Source of the DNA: Chiloscyllium plagiosum
Taxonomy: Eukaryota
Length of the DNA stretch: 64,000 bases
Direction: 5' to 3'
NCBI RefSeq assembly: GCF_004010195.1
Contig: NC_057717.1
Coordinates: forward strand, 104,722,937-104,786,936
The translations under genes were made by a program, and so were the position numbers. Numbering within the stretch: position 1 is the stretch's first letter; each line of letters opens with the position of its first letter. The notes under the pieces were generated by a model. That model worked only from the letters and a program-made list of their open reading frames with translations. It was not told the origin of the DNA and did not search any database. Below, in pieces: positions 12,715 to 26,931 of the stretch.

Positions 12715-14735
12715 GTTTTTTTGATTCATGAATGGAATGTGGGCATTACTGACTGGGCCAGCATTTATTGCTCATTCCTCAATGACCTTGAGAAGATGGT
12801 AGGTGAGCTGCCTTCTTGAATTGCAGCAGTCCATTTGGTATAGGTAGACAAACAATGGTGCTAGGAAGAGAGTTTCAGGATTTTGATCCAGCAAAACTGA
12901 AGGAACAGTGGTATATGCCCAAGTCAGGTTGATGAGTGGTTTGGAGTGGAAATTGCAGGTGGTGGTGTTCCAATATATCTGCTGCCCTTGTCCTTCCAGA
13001 TAGTAGCATTGCTGAGTTTGGAAGGAGCCTTGGTGGATTTTGGCACTAAGCATTGTGGTGGAGGGAGTGGATGTTTGTGGAGATGGCATCAATCAAGTGG
13101 ATTATTTTGTCCTAAACGGTGTCAAGCTTCTCGTTTGGAGTACATTCAACTAGGCAAGTGGGAAGTATTCCATCACACTCCTGACTTGTGCTTTGTAGGT
13201 GGTGGACAGGCCTTTCCGAGTGAGCAAGTGAGATTCTCGCAAAATTCATAGCATCTGACCTGCTCTTGTCACCACAATACTTATACTGGTCCAGTTCAGT
13301 TGTCTAATCCTGATGAAGGGCTTTTGCCCGAAACATCGATTTTCATGCTCCTCGGATGCTGCCTGCACCATTCTGATCTAAACTTTGGTTTCCAGCATCT
13401 GCAGTCCTCACTTTTGCCTGGTCCAGTTCAGTGCCTAGTCAGTGTAAACCCCAGGATGTTGATAGTGGGCGATTCAGTGATAGCCACAGAATGTCAAGGG
13501 ACGAGGGTTGGATTTTCTCTTTTTGAAGAAGGGCATTGCTTGGCATTTGTGTAGCTTGACTGTTACTTTCCACTTGTCAGCCTAAATCTAAATATTATTC
13601 CAGGTCGCACTGCATTTAGGCATGGGCTGCTTCTGTATTTGAAGATTTGTGAAAGATGCTGAACATTGTACAGTCATCAGTGAACATTCTCACTTCTGAT
13701 CTTATGATGGAGGGAAGGTCATTAATGAAGCAGCTGAAATTGGTTGGATCAAGATCACTTCCCTGGGGAACTCCTACAGAGATGTTCTAGAGCTGAGCAT
13801 ACTGATCTCCAAAAGCCACAACTATTTTCCTATGTGTTAGGTGTGACTCCAGTTAGTGAATTATGACATCTTCCAACACTTTACTGATGATTGAGAATAG
13901 ACTGATGGAATGGTAATTGGCTTTGGTTTTCTTTGAACATGAAATACCAGAACAATATTCCATATAGTTGGGTAGATGCCAGTGTTGTAGCTGTACTGGT
14001 TTAGCATGGCTAGGGATGTGGCAAGCTCTTTATCACAAGTCTTCAGTATTACTACTGAAATTTTGACAGGGCATAAAGCCCTTGCAATATCCACTGCCTT
14101 CCTCTTTTTGATGTCACATGGAGTGAATTGAATGGGCTAAAGACTGGCATCTGTGATGCTGGGGAGGCTGAGGTGGATCATCCACTTGGCACTTCTGGCA
14201 GAAGGTTATTGCGAATGCTTCAGTCTTATCTTTTGGTTCCCTCATTATTGAGGATGGGGATGTTCATGGAGACTCTTTCTCTAGTGTGTTGTGTAATTGT
14301 CCATCACCATTCATGGAGATTGCCAGGACTGCAGAGCTTAGATCTGATCCGTTAGTTGTGAGATTGCTTAGTTCTGTCTATCACATGCTACTTATGATGT
14401 TGCACTGTTTTATAGCTTCATTTGGGTGACAACTCATTTTTAGAAATGCCTGGTGCAGCTCCTGGCATGTCTTCTTGCACTCTTCATTGAGCTAGGGTTG
14501 ATCCCCTGGCTTGTTGGTAATGGTCAAATGTAGGATATGCCAGGCCATTAAGTTGCAGATTGTGTTGGAATATAAGTTGGCTGCTGCTGATAGCCCTTAG
14601 CACTTCTTGTATAGCCAGCCTAGATGTATTCAAAGTCTACTTCATTTAGCATGGTGATACAACACATTGGAAGATATTCTCAATATTCTCAATGTGAAAA
14701 TGGATTTCATCTCCACAGGTAATGTGTGGTGATCA
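12715..14735 (-). mobile_element. CR1/L2-group LINE (second family), ORF2 3' part
   Basis: ORF 13861-14094 LKTCDKELATSLAMLNQYSYNTGIYP and a GVPQGS-type motif; tail aataaatgctggccc. Homologous to 19870-21590 and 50960-52620. Confidence 0.8.
13301..13417 (+). mobile_element. Penelope pLTR fragment with hammerhead motif and 15-bp TSD
   Basis: TSD ctggtccagttcagt at 13286-13300 and 13418-13432. Motif aatc CTGATGA a gggc tttt gccc GAAA CA TC gatt at 13306-13341, with perfect helix I and II and CpG decay in helix III. Confidence 0.8.
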
Positions 14736-14896
14736 CTCTTAAAGAAACCCTCATAATTTTTCTTTTATTTTTCTCTTTTTTTGGTTTGGAACTGAGAGTT
14801 GAAGTTAACAGTTGAATGTTGAGCAGCAGTTTGCTTCAAAAGGAGAAGAAAACAAGGTCAGATGTTTACTGTTGGGAACTAGTTTTGTAGATAATG

Positions 14897-15024
14897 CATA
14901 AAAACTGAAAGAACTGCAGATGCTCAGTTCTGAGGAAGCGTCAGTGGACCTGAAATGTTAACTTTGATTTCTGTCCACAGATGCTGCCAGACCTGCTAAT
15001 CTTTTCCAACAATTTCTGTTTTTA
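14897..15024 (+). mobile_element. Penelope-derived short element, family 2, with hammerhead motif and 12-bp TSD
   Basis: TSD ttgtagataatg at 14885-14896 and 15025-15036. Motif agtt CTGAGGA a gcgtc agtg gacct GAAA tg TT aact at 14926-14963. Confidence 0.7.
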
Positions 15025-17384
15025 TTGTAGATAATGGGACCTAATTGCTGCGCTAAGGACACTGTAGATAAATCATCACCAAGAGCTTGCTATGCTCAAT
15101 GGGCTGGCAGCTCGTTGGATATTGAATTGTCAATTAAGGGGGGACTGGTACTAACCAACCAAACACAGAAAATATTGATTAGAAAGAGAAAAAAAAAAGA
15201 TTCTGACTAGGTTCTAACTGGAGCAGCATGATTTTTGGAGGCTCTGGAGACTGCTATTTTCTGCTATGTCTTTCTAGTTTTCTATTGCGTTATCAAATAG
15301 TTGAATGTTATCAGAAAAGAATCACAGTCTGTCGGAAATAGGTGAATATTTTTCAACTGAAGCTGCTTGCATTCATCAGTGAGATTGAATTCAACCAAGA
15401 TACATAGTTCTATTTCCCAGGCATTGTTCACCAATTTCATGAAATCTGATATTTGTAGTGATTGGAACGAAGTCAGCCAGGTGGACCTCACAGAACATTG
15501 GGGCTGCTAACCTGGTCCAATCTTGGAGTTCTGGCTGACAGATATAAACAGGAGTGTCAGGGCTTCTGTTCATTTTAAGAGCCAGCTCTGAACTAGCAGG
15601 GTCAGTATCATGTACTATGCATGTGTAAACCGTCAGGAAAATATAAATGCCAGATACATCAGTCGCACCCACAAGGTAGAGCAAAACATCACCGAATCAC
15701 AACGTACTACCATCCATGTTCTCAGAACCAATCACAACATTGTCATCAAACCAGCAGATAAAGGAGGAGCCATCGTCATTCAGAATAAAACAGATTACTG
15801 CTAGGAAGCGTACTGACAACTGAACAACCAGGAATACTGCAGGCAACTACCGGCCAATCCGAACAAACAGCACACTCATGAACTGAACACATTGATCAGG
15901 ACTTTGGATCCAGTGCTTGAGAGTTCCCTACGCGCTCTCATCCCACATACTTCTCATGTAGGCGACTTCTACTGCCTTCCAAAGATACACAAAGCCAACA
16001 CACTAGGATGTCCCATTGTATTAGGCAATGGGACCCTGTGTGAGAACCTCTCAGGCTATGTCAAAAGGCATCTTGAAACCCATTGTACAGGGGACCCCCA
16101 GCTTCTGTCGCAACACTACAGATTTCCTGGAGAAACTCAGCACTCACGGACCAGTTGAACTGGGAATATTCCTCATCACAATGCACTCTACACCAGCATC
16201 CCCCACAATGATGGCATCGCGGCAATAGCCTCAGTATTCAACACCAACAACTGCCAATCTCTGAGCACCGTCCTACACCATCCACTTTTTCCTGACCTCA
16301 ACATTTTCACCTTTAACAAACAGTTCTTCATCCAGACACACGGAACAGCCATGGGGACCAAATGTGCACCCCAATATACCAGCATTTTCATGCACAGGTT
16401 CGAACAAGACTTCTTTTCTACACATGACCTCCAATCAACATTATACACCAGGTACATTGACAACATTTTCTTCCTCTGGACCTATGGCGAGGGGTCACTG
16501 AAAAAACTACGCAGTGATATCAATGAGTTTCATCCCACGATCAAAGTCACCATGGACTACTCTCAACTATCTGTCTCATTCTTGGACACATGTATTTCAA
16601 TCAAGGATGGACACCGCAGCACCTCACTCTACCACAAACCCACAGATAACCTCACAATGCTACACTTCTCCAGCTTCCACTCGAAACATATTAAAACAGC
16701 CATCCACAATGGATAAGCCCTACGCAGACACAAGATCTGTTCAGATGAGGAGGAACGTGCTGCAACTGACAGGGTATCCTTCCCAGTAGCTGAAAAACTA
16801 TGCCATGTTCTTTGTAGCCTGTAACACATTATCAATGAGGATGAGCACCTCGCCAAGGCCTTCCCCACGCCTCCACTTCTCGCCTTTAAACAACCACCAA
16901 ACCTTAAACAGATCATTGGTCGTAGCAAACTGTCTGGCTTTCAAGACAACACCATATAACCTTGTCACAGTAGATGCTGCAAGATGTGTCAGAGTATCAA
17001 CATGGATATTACCATTATGTGTGGGGATACCTCCCACCATGTACGTGGCAGGTACTCATGCGACTCAGCCATCTGATATGCTGCAGGCAAGGATGCCCTA
17101 AGGCATGGTACATTGGCGAGACCGAGCAGAGGCTACAGCAATGGATGAATGGATTCCGCACAACAATCAACAGACAGGATTTTTCCCACCTGGTCGGAGA
17201 ACACTTCAGCGGTCTGGGACATTCGACCTCGGACCTTCGGGTGACCGTCCTCCAAGGCAGACTTCGGGACAGGCAACAACACAAAGTGGCCAAACAGAGG
17301 CTGATAGCCAAGTTCGGTACTCACGGGGATGGCCTCAAATGGGATCTTGGGTTCATGTCACACTACAGGTGACCCTACTGCACT

Positions 17385-17640
17385 ACACAAATACACAGAC
17401 AGACACACACATACACATTCACTCCTACATACATACACTCACACTCCTACAGACCCATACACTCATGCAGACCCTCTCTCATACACTCACATGTACACTC
17501 ATATATACACTCCCACATACTTACGTACACTCGCACCTTCTCACAAACTTATACCCCTTTACACTCACACTCACATACATACACACACTCTCTCACAGAC
17601 ACTCATAATGTCCCTCCCACACATCCCCACAAGCACATAC
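17385..17640. repeat. Imperfect (CA)n-rich low-complexity tract within the Penelope 3' region
   Basis: Direct inspection (acacacatacacattcactc...). Confidence 0.85.
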
Positions 17641-17823
17641 ACATTTGTGGGGTGAATTTGTACTTGCAGAATTACATTTGATTTTGCTCAAAAACTGCAT
17701 GTAAGATTCTGTAAATCTATTTTTTTGATTAGAATCAGTTTGAATATTGTGGCACAGAGAGCCTCACATAGGGCACCTCACACCTTCAATACATTATCTT
17801 GGCCGACATGACATCAATTTAGC

Positions 17824-18130
17824 TTAGATTAGTTACGGTGTGGAAACAGGCCCTTCAGCCCAACAAGTCCACACCGACCTGCCAAAGTGCAACCACCCAG
17901 ACCCATTCTCCTTCATTTACCCCTTCACCTAACACTACGGGCAATTTAGCATGGCCAATTCACCTGACCTGCACATTTGTGGACTGTGGGAGTAAACCGG
18001 AGCACGCGGAGGAAACCCACACAGACACGGGGAGAACTTGCAAACTCCACACAGTTGCCTGAGGTGGGAATTGAACCCGTGTCTAGCGCTGTGAGGCAGC
18101 AGTGCTAACCACTGTGCCACCGTGCTGCCC
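17824..18130 (-). mobile_element. HE1-like tRNA-derived SINE, near full length, nested in the Penelope element
   Basis: Head gggcagcacggtggcacagtggttagcactgctgcctcacag...ggttcaattcc contains A and B boxes; CR1-like tail. Confidence 0.85.
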
Positions 18131-18868
18131 ATAAAGTTCACTTGAGAATGTAACTTTAAAAAAAGCTCTGCGATTTACATATGAAAGAACTGAAACCAAC
18201 TTGGTCATTCTAAAAGATGACAGATTTAACAAACAATCCGGGTCTTTTTCAATTTATAATATCAGTTACATCACACTGTAAACTTTAGCTATAAATTCTG
18301 TAGATATTAATTAGATTACCTTATTGTTTAACTGCGTTCTGTTAAAATTACACTATTTAATAAAAAATTGTTAATTTTTGTTTATGTTATAAACGTAGTA
18401 TCTAAGATCTGCATTCGTAAAGTCTGGTTAGGAACAACTGGACAATTTTGTGGGACATTGAATGTTTTAATGTCACTGTGTTGTGAGGCTGATTGGTTGG
18501 CTTGTTATCCCTGTGTCTTAACACTGTTACTGATACTGCCAATGGACACATGCATCTGTGAGGCTGATCGACCAGGACAAGACCAAGTTTGTTTTTCCTT
18601 CTTGTCAGTTCCTTCACTACCTGCTAAAGACTCAGCATCGCAACTATATCCCGTAGGAGTCAACCAGCTTGGCCAGTAGCGATACTGTTGAGCCATTCTT
18701 GGTGGTGGATACTCTGAGTAGAGTACACTTGGTGCCCTTGCCACCCTCATGCCTTCCTCTAACAGGTGATCACTCATGGAGGAGGTCTGACTCTTCAGCC
18801 GAGAATGGGGCAGTATGTGGTAATCTGCAAGAGGTTTCCTTTCCTATGTGTGACCTGATGCCACAAGG

Positions 18869-18957
18869 TCAAAAATCAAATGACATCAGATTATAGTCCA
18901 ACAGGTTTATTTGAACCTGCAAGTTTTCAGAGTGCTGCTCCTTCGTCAGGTGTGGTA
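18869..18957 (-). mobile_element. Penelope pLTR fragment, family 3, with hammerhead motif
   Basis: Reverse strand cac CTGACGA a ggagc agc actct GAAA ac TT gca...ttcaaataaacctgttggactata; same family as 41231-41442. Confidence 0.65.
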
Positions 18958-19389
18958 TGATGCCATGAGATTTCATGGGGTCCACAGTCAATGTCTAGGT
19001 TTCCAAGGGCAGCTCCCTTCCAACTGTAAACCAGTGCACTGTCACCTCTGCTCAGTCTGTCTTAATGGTAGGACAGGACATATCCAGGTACAGTGATGGT
19101 GTTATCAAGGATGTTGCCTGTAAAGTATGATTCCCTGAATATATGCTCATGTGCTTTGTGAAACAGCTCTCCCAATTTTGCCACTGGCGCCCAGATGTTA
19201 GTGAGGAGGAATTTACAGTTTTGTTAGGGTTACGTTTGCCATTGTTGCTTACTATTCCTTATTCAATGCTATGTGGTCCATTTGGTTTAATTCATTTCTT
19301 CCTTTCTAGTGGCTGACAAAGCTGAATGGCTTACTAGGCCAGTGTAGAGGTCAGTTAAGAATCAACCCACATGGCTGTAGGTCTGCCAA

Positions 19390-19770
19390 CAGTCATATAG
19401 CATGGAAACAGACCCTTTTGGTGTAATCAGTCCACGCCGACCACATTACCAAACCAAACTAGTCCCACCTGCCTGCATTTGTTGATATCCTTCCAAAGAT
19501 TTCCTATTCATGAACTTATCCAAATGTCTTTTAAATGTTCTAACAGTATCTGCATCCACCACCTTCTCTTGTAGTTCATTCTGCACACAAACCACGCTGT
19601 GTAAAGGAGTTGCTCCTCTTGTCCTTTTTAAATCTTTCTGCTCTCACCTTAAAAGTCTGCCCTCTAGTTTTGAACTTCCCCATTCTAGGGAAAAGATGCT
19701 TGCCATTCACTTTACGTATGCCCCTCGTGATTTTATAATCCTCAATAAGGTGACCACTCAACCTCAGGTA
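19390..19770 (-). mobile_element. CR1 3' fragment
   Basis: ORF 19576-19800 GHLIEDYKITRG...TRGQTFKVR. Confidence 0.8.
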
Positions 19771-19869
19771 AAAATGGCAGTTTCCTTCCCTAAAGGACAT
19801 CAGTGAACTAAGTTTTTATGACAACCAACATTGGTTTTATGGTCATCTTTAGACAACCAACAGTTCAAC

Positions 19870-21590
19870 CTAAACTGTGTAGTCCTGCCACATTCAGGCA
19901 TGAATGTGGATGGACAATTAAATAACTCACTGGCTCCACAAATCACCCCATCTTTAATGATGGAAGAGCCCAATCTTCAGCCATAAGCATGGATTGGACG
20001 ATCCATCTCAGTCTCTTTCCGTGATCCCCAGCATTACAAGTATCAGTTTTCAACCAATATGATTCACTGTATATCAAGGAACACTGGATACCACATAGGC
20101 TATGGACCTTTACAACATTCCGGCCATAGTACTGAAAACTTGTGCCCCAAAACTTCCTAATGCCCAAGCCAAGCTGTTCCAGTACAGTTACCACACTGGC
20201 ATTTACCTAACAATGTGAAAAAGTGCATAAGTATTTCCTGTACACTAAAAGCAAGAGAAATCCAACCTGGCCAATTATCTACTTTTAGTCATGAATAAAG
20301 TGGTGGAAGGTGTCATCAGTACTGCTATCAAGCACCTACTCAGCAATAATTTTCACAGTGATGTCCAGTTTAGGTTCTGCCAGGTCTACTCAGCTCTTGA
20401 TCTCATGACGGTCTTGGTTCAAACATGGACAGAAGAGCTGAATTCCAGACGTGAGATGAGAATGACACCCCTTGACACCAAGGCTGCATTCGACTGACTG
20501 TAGCATTAAGAAGCCCTAGCAAAATTAGAATCAATGAGAATCAGCACAAACTCTCCACTGGTTGCAGTCAGACTTGAATCATAAGAAGATTGTTGTGGTT
20601 GCTGGAAGTTGGTCATCCCAACTCCATCTCTGCAGGAGTTCCTCATGGTAGGGTCATGGTAGAGTCAACTACTTCACCAATGACCTTCCCTCCTTTGTAA
20701 GGTCAGAAGTGGGGATGTTTTGTGATGATTACACAATGTTCAGCACCGTTTATGACTCCTCAGATACTGAAGCAGTCCATGTTCAAATGTAACAAGACCT
20801 GGATAGTATCCAGGCTTAGCCTGACAAATTGCAAGTAACATTTGCACCACACAGATGCCAGGCAATGATCATCTCCGATAAGAGACAATCAAACTACCAC
20901 CCCTTGACCTTGACTGGTATTAACATCACTGAATCTCCCATTATCAACATCTTGGGGGTTATCGTTGACCAGAAACTCAATTGGATTCACCACATAAACA
21001 TAGTGGCTACAAGGGCAGGTCACAGGGGAGGAATACTCTGGTGAATAACTCACCTCTTGACTCCCCAAGGCCTGTCCGTCATCTACATGGCACAAGTTAG
21101 AAGTGTGATGAAATATTCACCACTTGCCTATATGGGTGCAGCTACAACAATATTCAAGAAGCTTGATACATTACAGGATAAAGCAGCTCACTTGATTGGC
21201 AACAATAGCATCCACTCCCTCCACCAGTGATTCTCAGTGGCAGCAGTGCGCACCATCTATCAGATGCATTCAGAAATTCACCAAACCTCCTTAGACAGCA
21301 CCTTCCAAATGCATGACTACCTCCATCTATAAGAACTAGGGCAACAGATACACGACAACACCACCATCTGCACCACTCAACATCCTGACTGAGAAATATA
21401 TCACTAATTCTTCACTGTTGCTGGGTCAAAATCCTGGAATTTCATCCCTATGAACATTGTGGATCAACCTACAGCACATGGACTACAGGGGTTTCTGGAG
21501 GCAGCTCACCACCACCTTCTCAAGGGGCAATCACAGATGGTTAATAAATGCTAGCTGGTTTGCAATGCTCGCATTACACGAGTAAAAATA
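19870..21590 (+). mobile_element. CR1/L2-group LINE (second family), RT region to 3' end
   Basis: HLLSNN...QFRF...LDTKAAFD, GVPHG, FCDD, INILGVIVDQKLNW motifs. Confidence 0.85.
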
Positions 21591-21599
21591 AAAATATGC

Positions 21600-21720
21600 T
21601 CTAGAATTCAAATTCCACAATCTGCTGTGGTGGGATTTGAATCCAGCTCTCCTGAACGTTGTCTGGGTGTCTAGATTACTAGTCCAATGGATAATACCAC
21701 TAGACAATCAACTTCCCCCT
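21600..21720 (-). mobile_element. tRNA-derived SINE head fragment
   Basis: Reverse strand ...tagtggtattatccattggactagtaatc...ggattcaaatcccacc with B-box-like motif; related pieces near 51160 and 57770. Confidence 0.5.
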
Positions 21721-24700
21721 TGCCATTATTACAAACAGGAAAGGAAATTGAGGATGAACAAGGAACAATATACATTATGCTCACAGAACGATCATGTGGT
21801 ACTTGTATTGTTGGACAGATCTCAGGAAGGCACTAAGACATCACAACATATAATGCTCCAGTATAAAATATCTCCATCTTATTCTCTGTGTGGTCAATGA
21901 GTCGATATGTGACAGCCAGTCAACATTGTAATATAAGCATGTAACCCACACTGTATGCAAGTCTGAAATGTCACATCAGTGTACACAGTTAACTGTTAAT
22001 GAACTTCCATATGTGTGTCTCAATTTCAAACCTAAGTCTCCGTGCAGCATAGGCCACATATGTAAAGCCTTATCTTATTAATACAGAAATGCAAGATTGA
22101 GCAAATAGGGGAACAGCTCCTTTCAAAGTTACATGTAAAACAGGACAACAAAAAAGTCATTGAAAAAAATGCAGCCATCAGACACCAGAATTACCTAACT
22201 CACTGTCAGAGGAAATAATGGGGCAATTCAATCTTTTGTTCCATAAATTTATAATGCTTTGGACATATGGATCAGAGTTCAGGATCCAGACTCAGCTGTT
22301 CTTTCCTCTTTTATTGTCAAAATCAGTGGGTGTAGTCAGCTCCTGGCAGGTTTCCCAAAGAGGGAAGCTTTATCCTGGCTGATGGATAGAGAGTGATAAA
22401 TAGAAGCTGATGAATAAGCTTGTGAGCTCCTGAGGAGTCCACAGATGTATTCACAACAGTCACTGATGTTCCTGGAAGAAATGTGGCAGTTGAAGTGCTC
22501 AACATATCATTTGAGGACAGGTAACAAAATCCAAATACTTTCCTACTAACTTTGATAGACTTTTAATTGTTGCCCTGAAACCTATCTGACCTCACAAAAG
22601 CCCTATAATTTCCAACAGTTCAATGATTGAAAAGGAAGAGATTAATTCTACAGCCATATTATCCTTAAAATGTTAATGCAGGTGATATGTCATATAGCAA
22701 ATGATGCTCTTTTAGTTACTCAAAATGCTCTTTTTTAAGGTAAGCCGAGTTTCCCTTAGGAAAATACCTCTGCCTCATGCTAATAATGGTGTAGCATCTC
22801 ATCTGTGTGACTACTAACAGAATATTGTTTTATCATGTCAAAAGAAGTGTGTATTTCAGAAATTAGGTAGTCGTAGACTTTGGAAAGAGACTAATTTTGA
22901 AGGTTTATATTGACCATTGGAATCTACCTAATCAATAACATCATCAGTTGCCATGTCCACAGAAATTCAAAAAGGCAACATTATATATCACTGACTGAAC
23001 AGTCAAGGCCTCATCTTGTTTCAAAGTTTGGTTCATGTCATAATACAGGTATAAGATAAGGTAAATTGAATTCCATTAAAGTTCAGCAATAGATGGATTG
23101 TACAGAGTTTTTTTTCTAGAGAGAAGCAAACAAACCAGCCAATCAGATATTTAAAGTTGCAGAGTATGGTAAAGCCAAGATTCAACTTGCAGAACTGACT
23201 GAAACTGTTACTAATACTGTAGTTCCTTGACAAATGCGCCTGACAATATGCCAACAGAAAGGAAGTCTGCTTCATACTCACTTATCATTGCTATAAATAG
23301 ACTGTTAATGAATTTGTAGGTGGGATGGGAGGGTTAATGATTTTTGCAGGTATGAATATACTGTGGGGCAATGTGTTTGAAGGGTTTATGACACTTTCTC
23401 ACTTCAATTTTTACTTGTTTCTATGGATGTTCTTTCTACTTAGTTTAATTTCTTTATTTGTAGGCAACCTCCCTTCCTGATGTAACTCTTGCAAATGACT
23501 CTTTCAAAGAACCTAAGTAAAGCAAGTGTTACTGCTGCTACAGATAGGTAGGGATTTTATGAAGGACAGGCAACATAGCCACAAGCTGAAAAGTTGAATA
23601 TAAACTGAATTTGGCCATTTTTAGAGCCCTGATTTGGATTTTAAGTCCATAGACATTTAAATATCTGGTGTCAGACTTTCTGTTCCTTTAAAAGTTAAAA
23701 TCTCAATCCCCAAGAGCTACCAGTCAATGAGAGGATCTTAGGTTCCAGTAGCACTATCTGGAATGACAGTTAGGCTGGCAATAACCTGGCCTGGAGCAGC
23801 ATCATGGACCCTGCTGTGAATCCAAGGTTAGAGGGGTTGGAGTTGCCAGAGTCAATCATACAGACTCTGAGTGAGAGTGGGATTGTATTGTGAAGGTTTG
23901 TGAAGGTGGGATTGTATTGCTATGGGACGATCCTTGTCACTGAGGTAGAGGGGGCTGGGGGGTGGGGGAGCAAGTCCTTCATGAACCAAAAGTTGCACAA
24001 TCAGAAGGGCACACAACTGCTGAACTTACAAGGACATTGGTGTATGGCTGGTGGTCTCCCACATGGTGTAAGACCCACCTTCTGTTGCAAAAATACAAGC
24101 AAAAATGGCAGAAAGAAGCCCTTAATGGCCACTTAAGGGCCTCTGTTAGCCCCTGGGCAGTAGGGCTGTCCACTCATTATTTCCTCCACTGTTGATAAAA
24201 GGTAGTGGGAAAGCAAGAGGCACCTCAGTTCCGAATCTGATAGCTTGGCTCTACATTACCCTCCCAGTATGCTTAAAGTCCTAGTCATGACCTAACAGCT
24301 TCATTCCTTGCACTACCGAAGATAGAAAGGAACGATACAAAAGAAAGATTGGCTTTGGCACATAAGTCATCTTTGCTGAGGTGAAATCCAGAAATACTGA
24401 ATGTCCCTATAACATTCCTTGGTTTGGTCCTTCCTCATGTATATCGAGGTAGTGAGTACAAACAGAAAAAAGTGATATATATTATGACTGAACCTATTGC
24501 TATGTAAATTTTCTATCCAGGCTCCCATTGCCAACTTGACGAAAGTTCAGGACAGAACCATAATTGAGTTTAGTCCCTTTCTTAAAAACAAATTAATTAG
24601 ATAATTTTATAATATCTTGGAACCGGGTCAGACTTAACAATACAATGCAACTTTAAATTTTGCAGAATGAAGTTGAGATCAGGCATGTATTTTCATTACA

Positions 24701-26799
24701 AAACTTGTTCTAAACATTTTTTAAGATGTCACAATTTTATACAACAACCACTTTACTGAACAATAATTGCATCACGGCTGACAAAACTAATAGGATTCAC
24801 ACATAACATCAGATACTGGTGGGACAAGGCTATGATATTCACGAGGACATCATTACTTCAAGCAGCACAAAAAAAGTTGAGGATGTTGGAAATTATTTTT
24901 ATACAGTTTTGTGACTAGTGGCAAAGGTGGCGGGGAGGGCTATTATATATCTGAGGCAGTGTGGAAAAAAAAAGACATTTCGTAACATTGATTAAAATGA
25001 TTCATGTAGTGTTCAATGTCTTTTCTCATCAACTCACATACTAGTAATTCAAAGTATTCCAATATATTCAAGGACCAACTCCTTCCTATTCCCTTAGTGC
25101 TTAGCTTCGACCTAGAGAGAGACTTCTTCCACAAGAAGGAGATTAACTAAATAACATTTTCTAAGAGGAGTTACTGTGAGAAGCTGATCAGAATCCAATC
25201 CATGTCAGGGTAAGATAGAAGTGGCCATGGTAACCTAGATTTCACTTTATAAGCCAGGAAATTAGATAAATAAGGACAGGGAACTAAATGGTTCCAAAAT
25301 ACATACATGAAAAGACATTGCTGCAGAGCCACTAACAGAAAACTAATCTCAAAATTGGAGGATTTCTAATCAGCCTATTTTTGTTCAGATGTTTCTGGAA
25401 TACTATATTTTGTAAAATGACCAGCTTTACAGTATTCCCTGATTGAAAGGAAGGACTATCATAGTCCTTCCTTTCAATCAGGAAGACAATGAGGTGACTT
25501 CCTGCACAACACCATTAGTTACTGTCGAGACAGATGCTGTTTTGGTGCTAGCAATTATGGTAATCAGTTACACAGAATTTCATTCAGGACTTCAGCAACA
25601 AGTCCTAGACACTCACTCAAAGAAAACAAACGGCGATGATTGATCTAAGATGTTCTGGGATACTGCTTCTCTCATTTATCTTGTTGCAAGTGAATGCTGA
25701 CAGGTGAAAAGTCTTTAGAAAATTTATAAAATGTTAGCTAAGTAGCTTGCAGTTCATTCCTTTGAACTTGTCACAGAATAAATACCCTCTTTACTCACAC
25801 ATCATAAATGGAGCTAGTAAGAGCTCCAAAAGTCATTGTAAAAGGATTGTTAGATTTTATTGACCAACAATACCAACTATAACTCATTGTCTTGTCCATA
25901 TCTTGTCCATATTTTGACCTCTGGGTATTTTTATTCTTGTTATAATGCTGTGACTACTTGGAATTAATCTGCCCGTGAGGATCTGTATACTTGCTAGGAA
26001 TATACAATTCGTGACAGAAATTACACCATTTCTGTTAATAATCATTTTTCATATATACTGAAAATTTAATCAAATACATATTACCTATGTTAAAGGCATG
26101 AAGGTGGATGAACTGGAATTGCAAATAATGATTGAAAAAGGAGGAAAACTTTAGTAACATTATTGATGTCCACTCATTATGATGCAGTGGCATTCAAACA
26201 AGTGCCTGATAAAATGGGGCCCAGACAGTTGTCAGTTTAAAAGTCTAATAAAACACTTGAAACTTTTTGAAACCAATTTAGTGCCTCCCTATAGCTGAGT
26301 AAATAGGGAAGGATTATTTTAAATATAATTTCAAAATGATTACAGATTCTTCGAAGCCCAGTGGGAAGTATATGATTGCACCCTGCTGCACAGTGCATGC
26401 AGACACCTGTATGGGGAACTTGGGTTTGGAAGCCAGAAATTCTCATTCAGATTGAGTGGTCATTGTAAAGGTTCTCGATAGATGGTGAAGATGTGTCTAC
26501 AAATTTTAAATGAATGACCTCTAGATGGGGCTATACGATGGTATGACCATTTGTTGGCATCTTGCTTAAGCCACTCATCCAGTTCTTCTCCACTGGATTT
26601 GAACTTGGATACTTGGCTGACTCATACAAACCTGTCATTAACCATCTGAGCAAAATGTAACGAACTGAAAATGAACACTTTAACTGTAATTTTAATCTTA
26701 GCATTAAGTACATAGTTAAGTTCTCATTTCTAATTCCCTCAGATTTCACACTGTTGTCCAGAACTTTAATGAGGAAAGCTTGATAGGGGTAGGTGCTTA

Positions 26800-26931
<132 letters not shown>

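Larger units (their letters stand above)
15630..18300 (+). mobile_element. Penelope-like retroelement (RT + GIY-YIG), frameshifted, with CA-rich 3' region
   Basis: IKPADKGGAIV, FYCLPKIHK, GTAMGTKCAP, YTRYIDNIF, SFLD, YHKPT RT motifs, then CCRQGCPKAWYIGETEQRL GIY-YIG, then CA-rich tract 17385-17640. Confidence 0.92.

Noticed and set aside
17105..17655. His/Thr-rich ORFs
   Set aside because: Translation of the CA-rich low-complexity tract.
17824..18130. tRNA gene
   Set aside because: The A/B boxes belong to a SINE head followed by SINE body and LINE-like tail; there is no complete cloverleaf.
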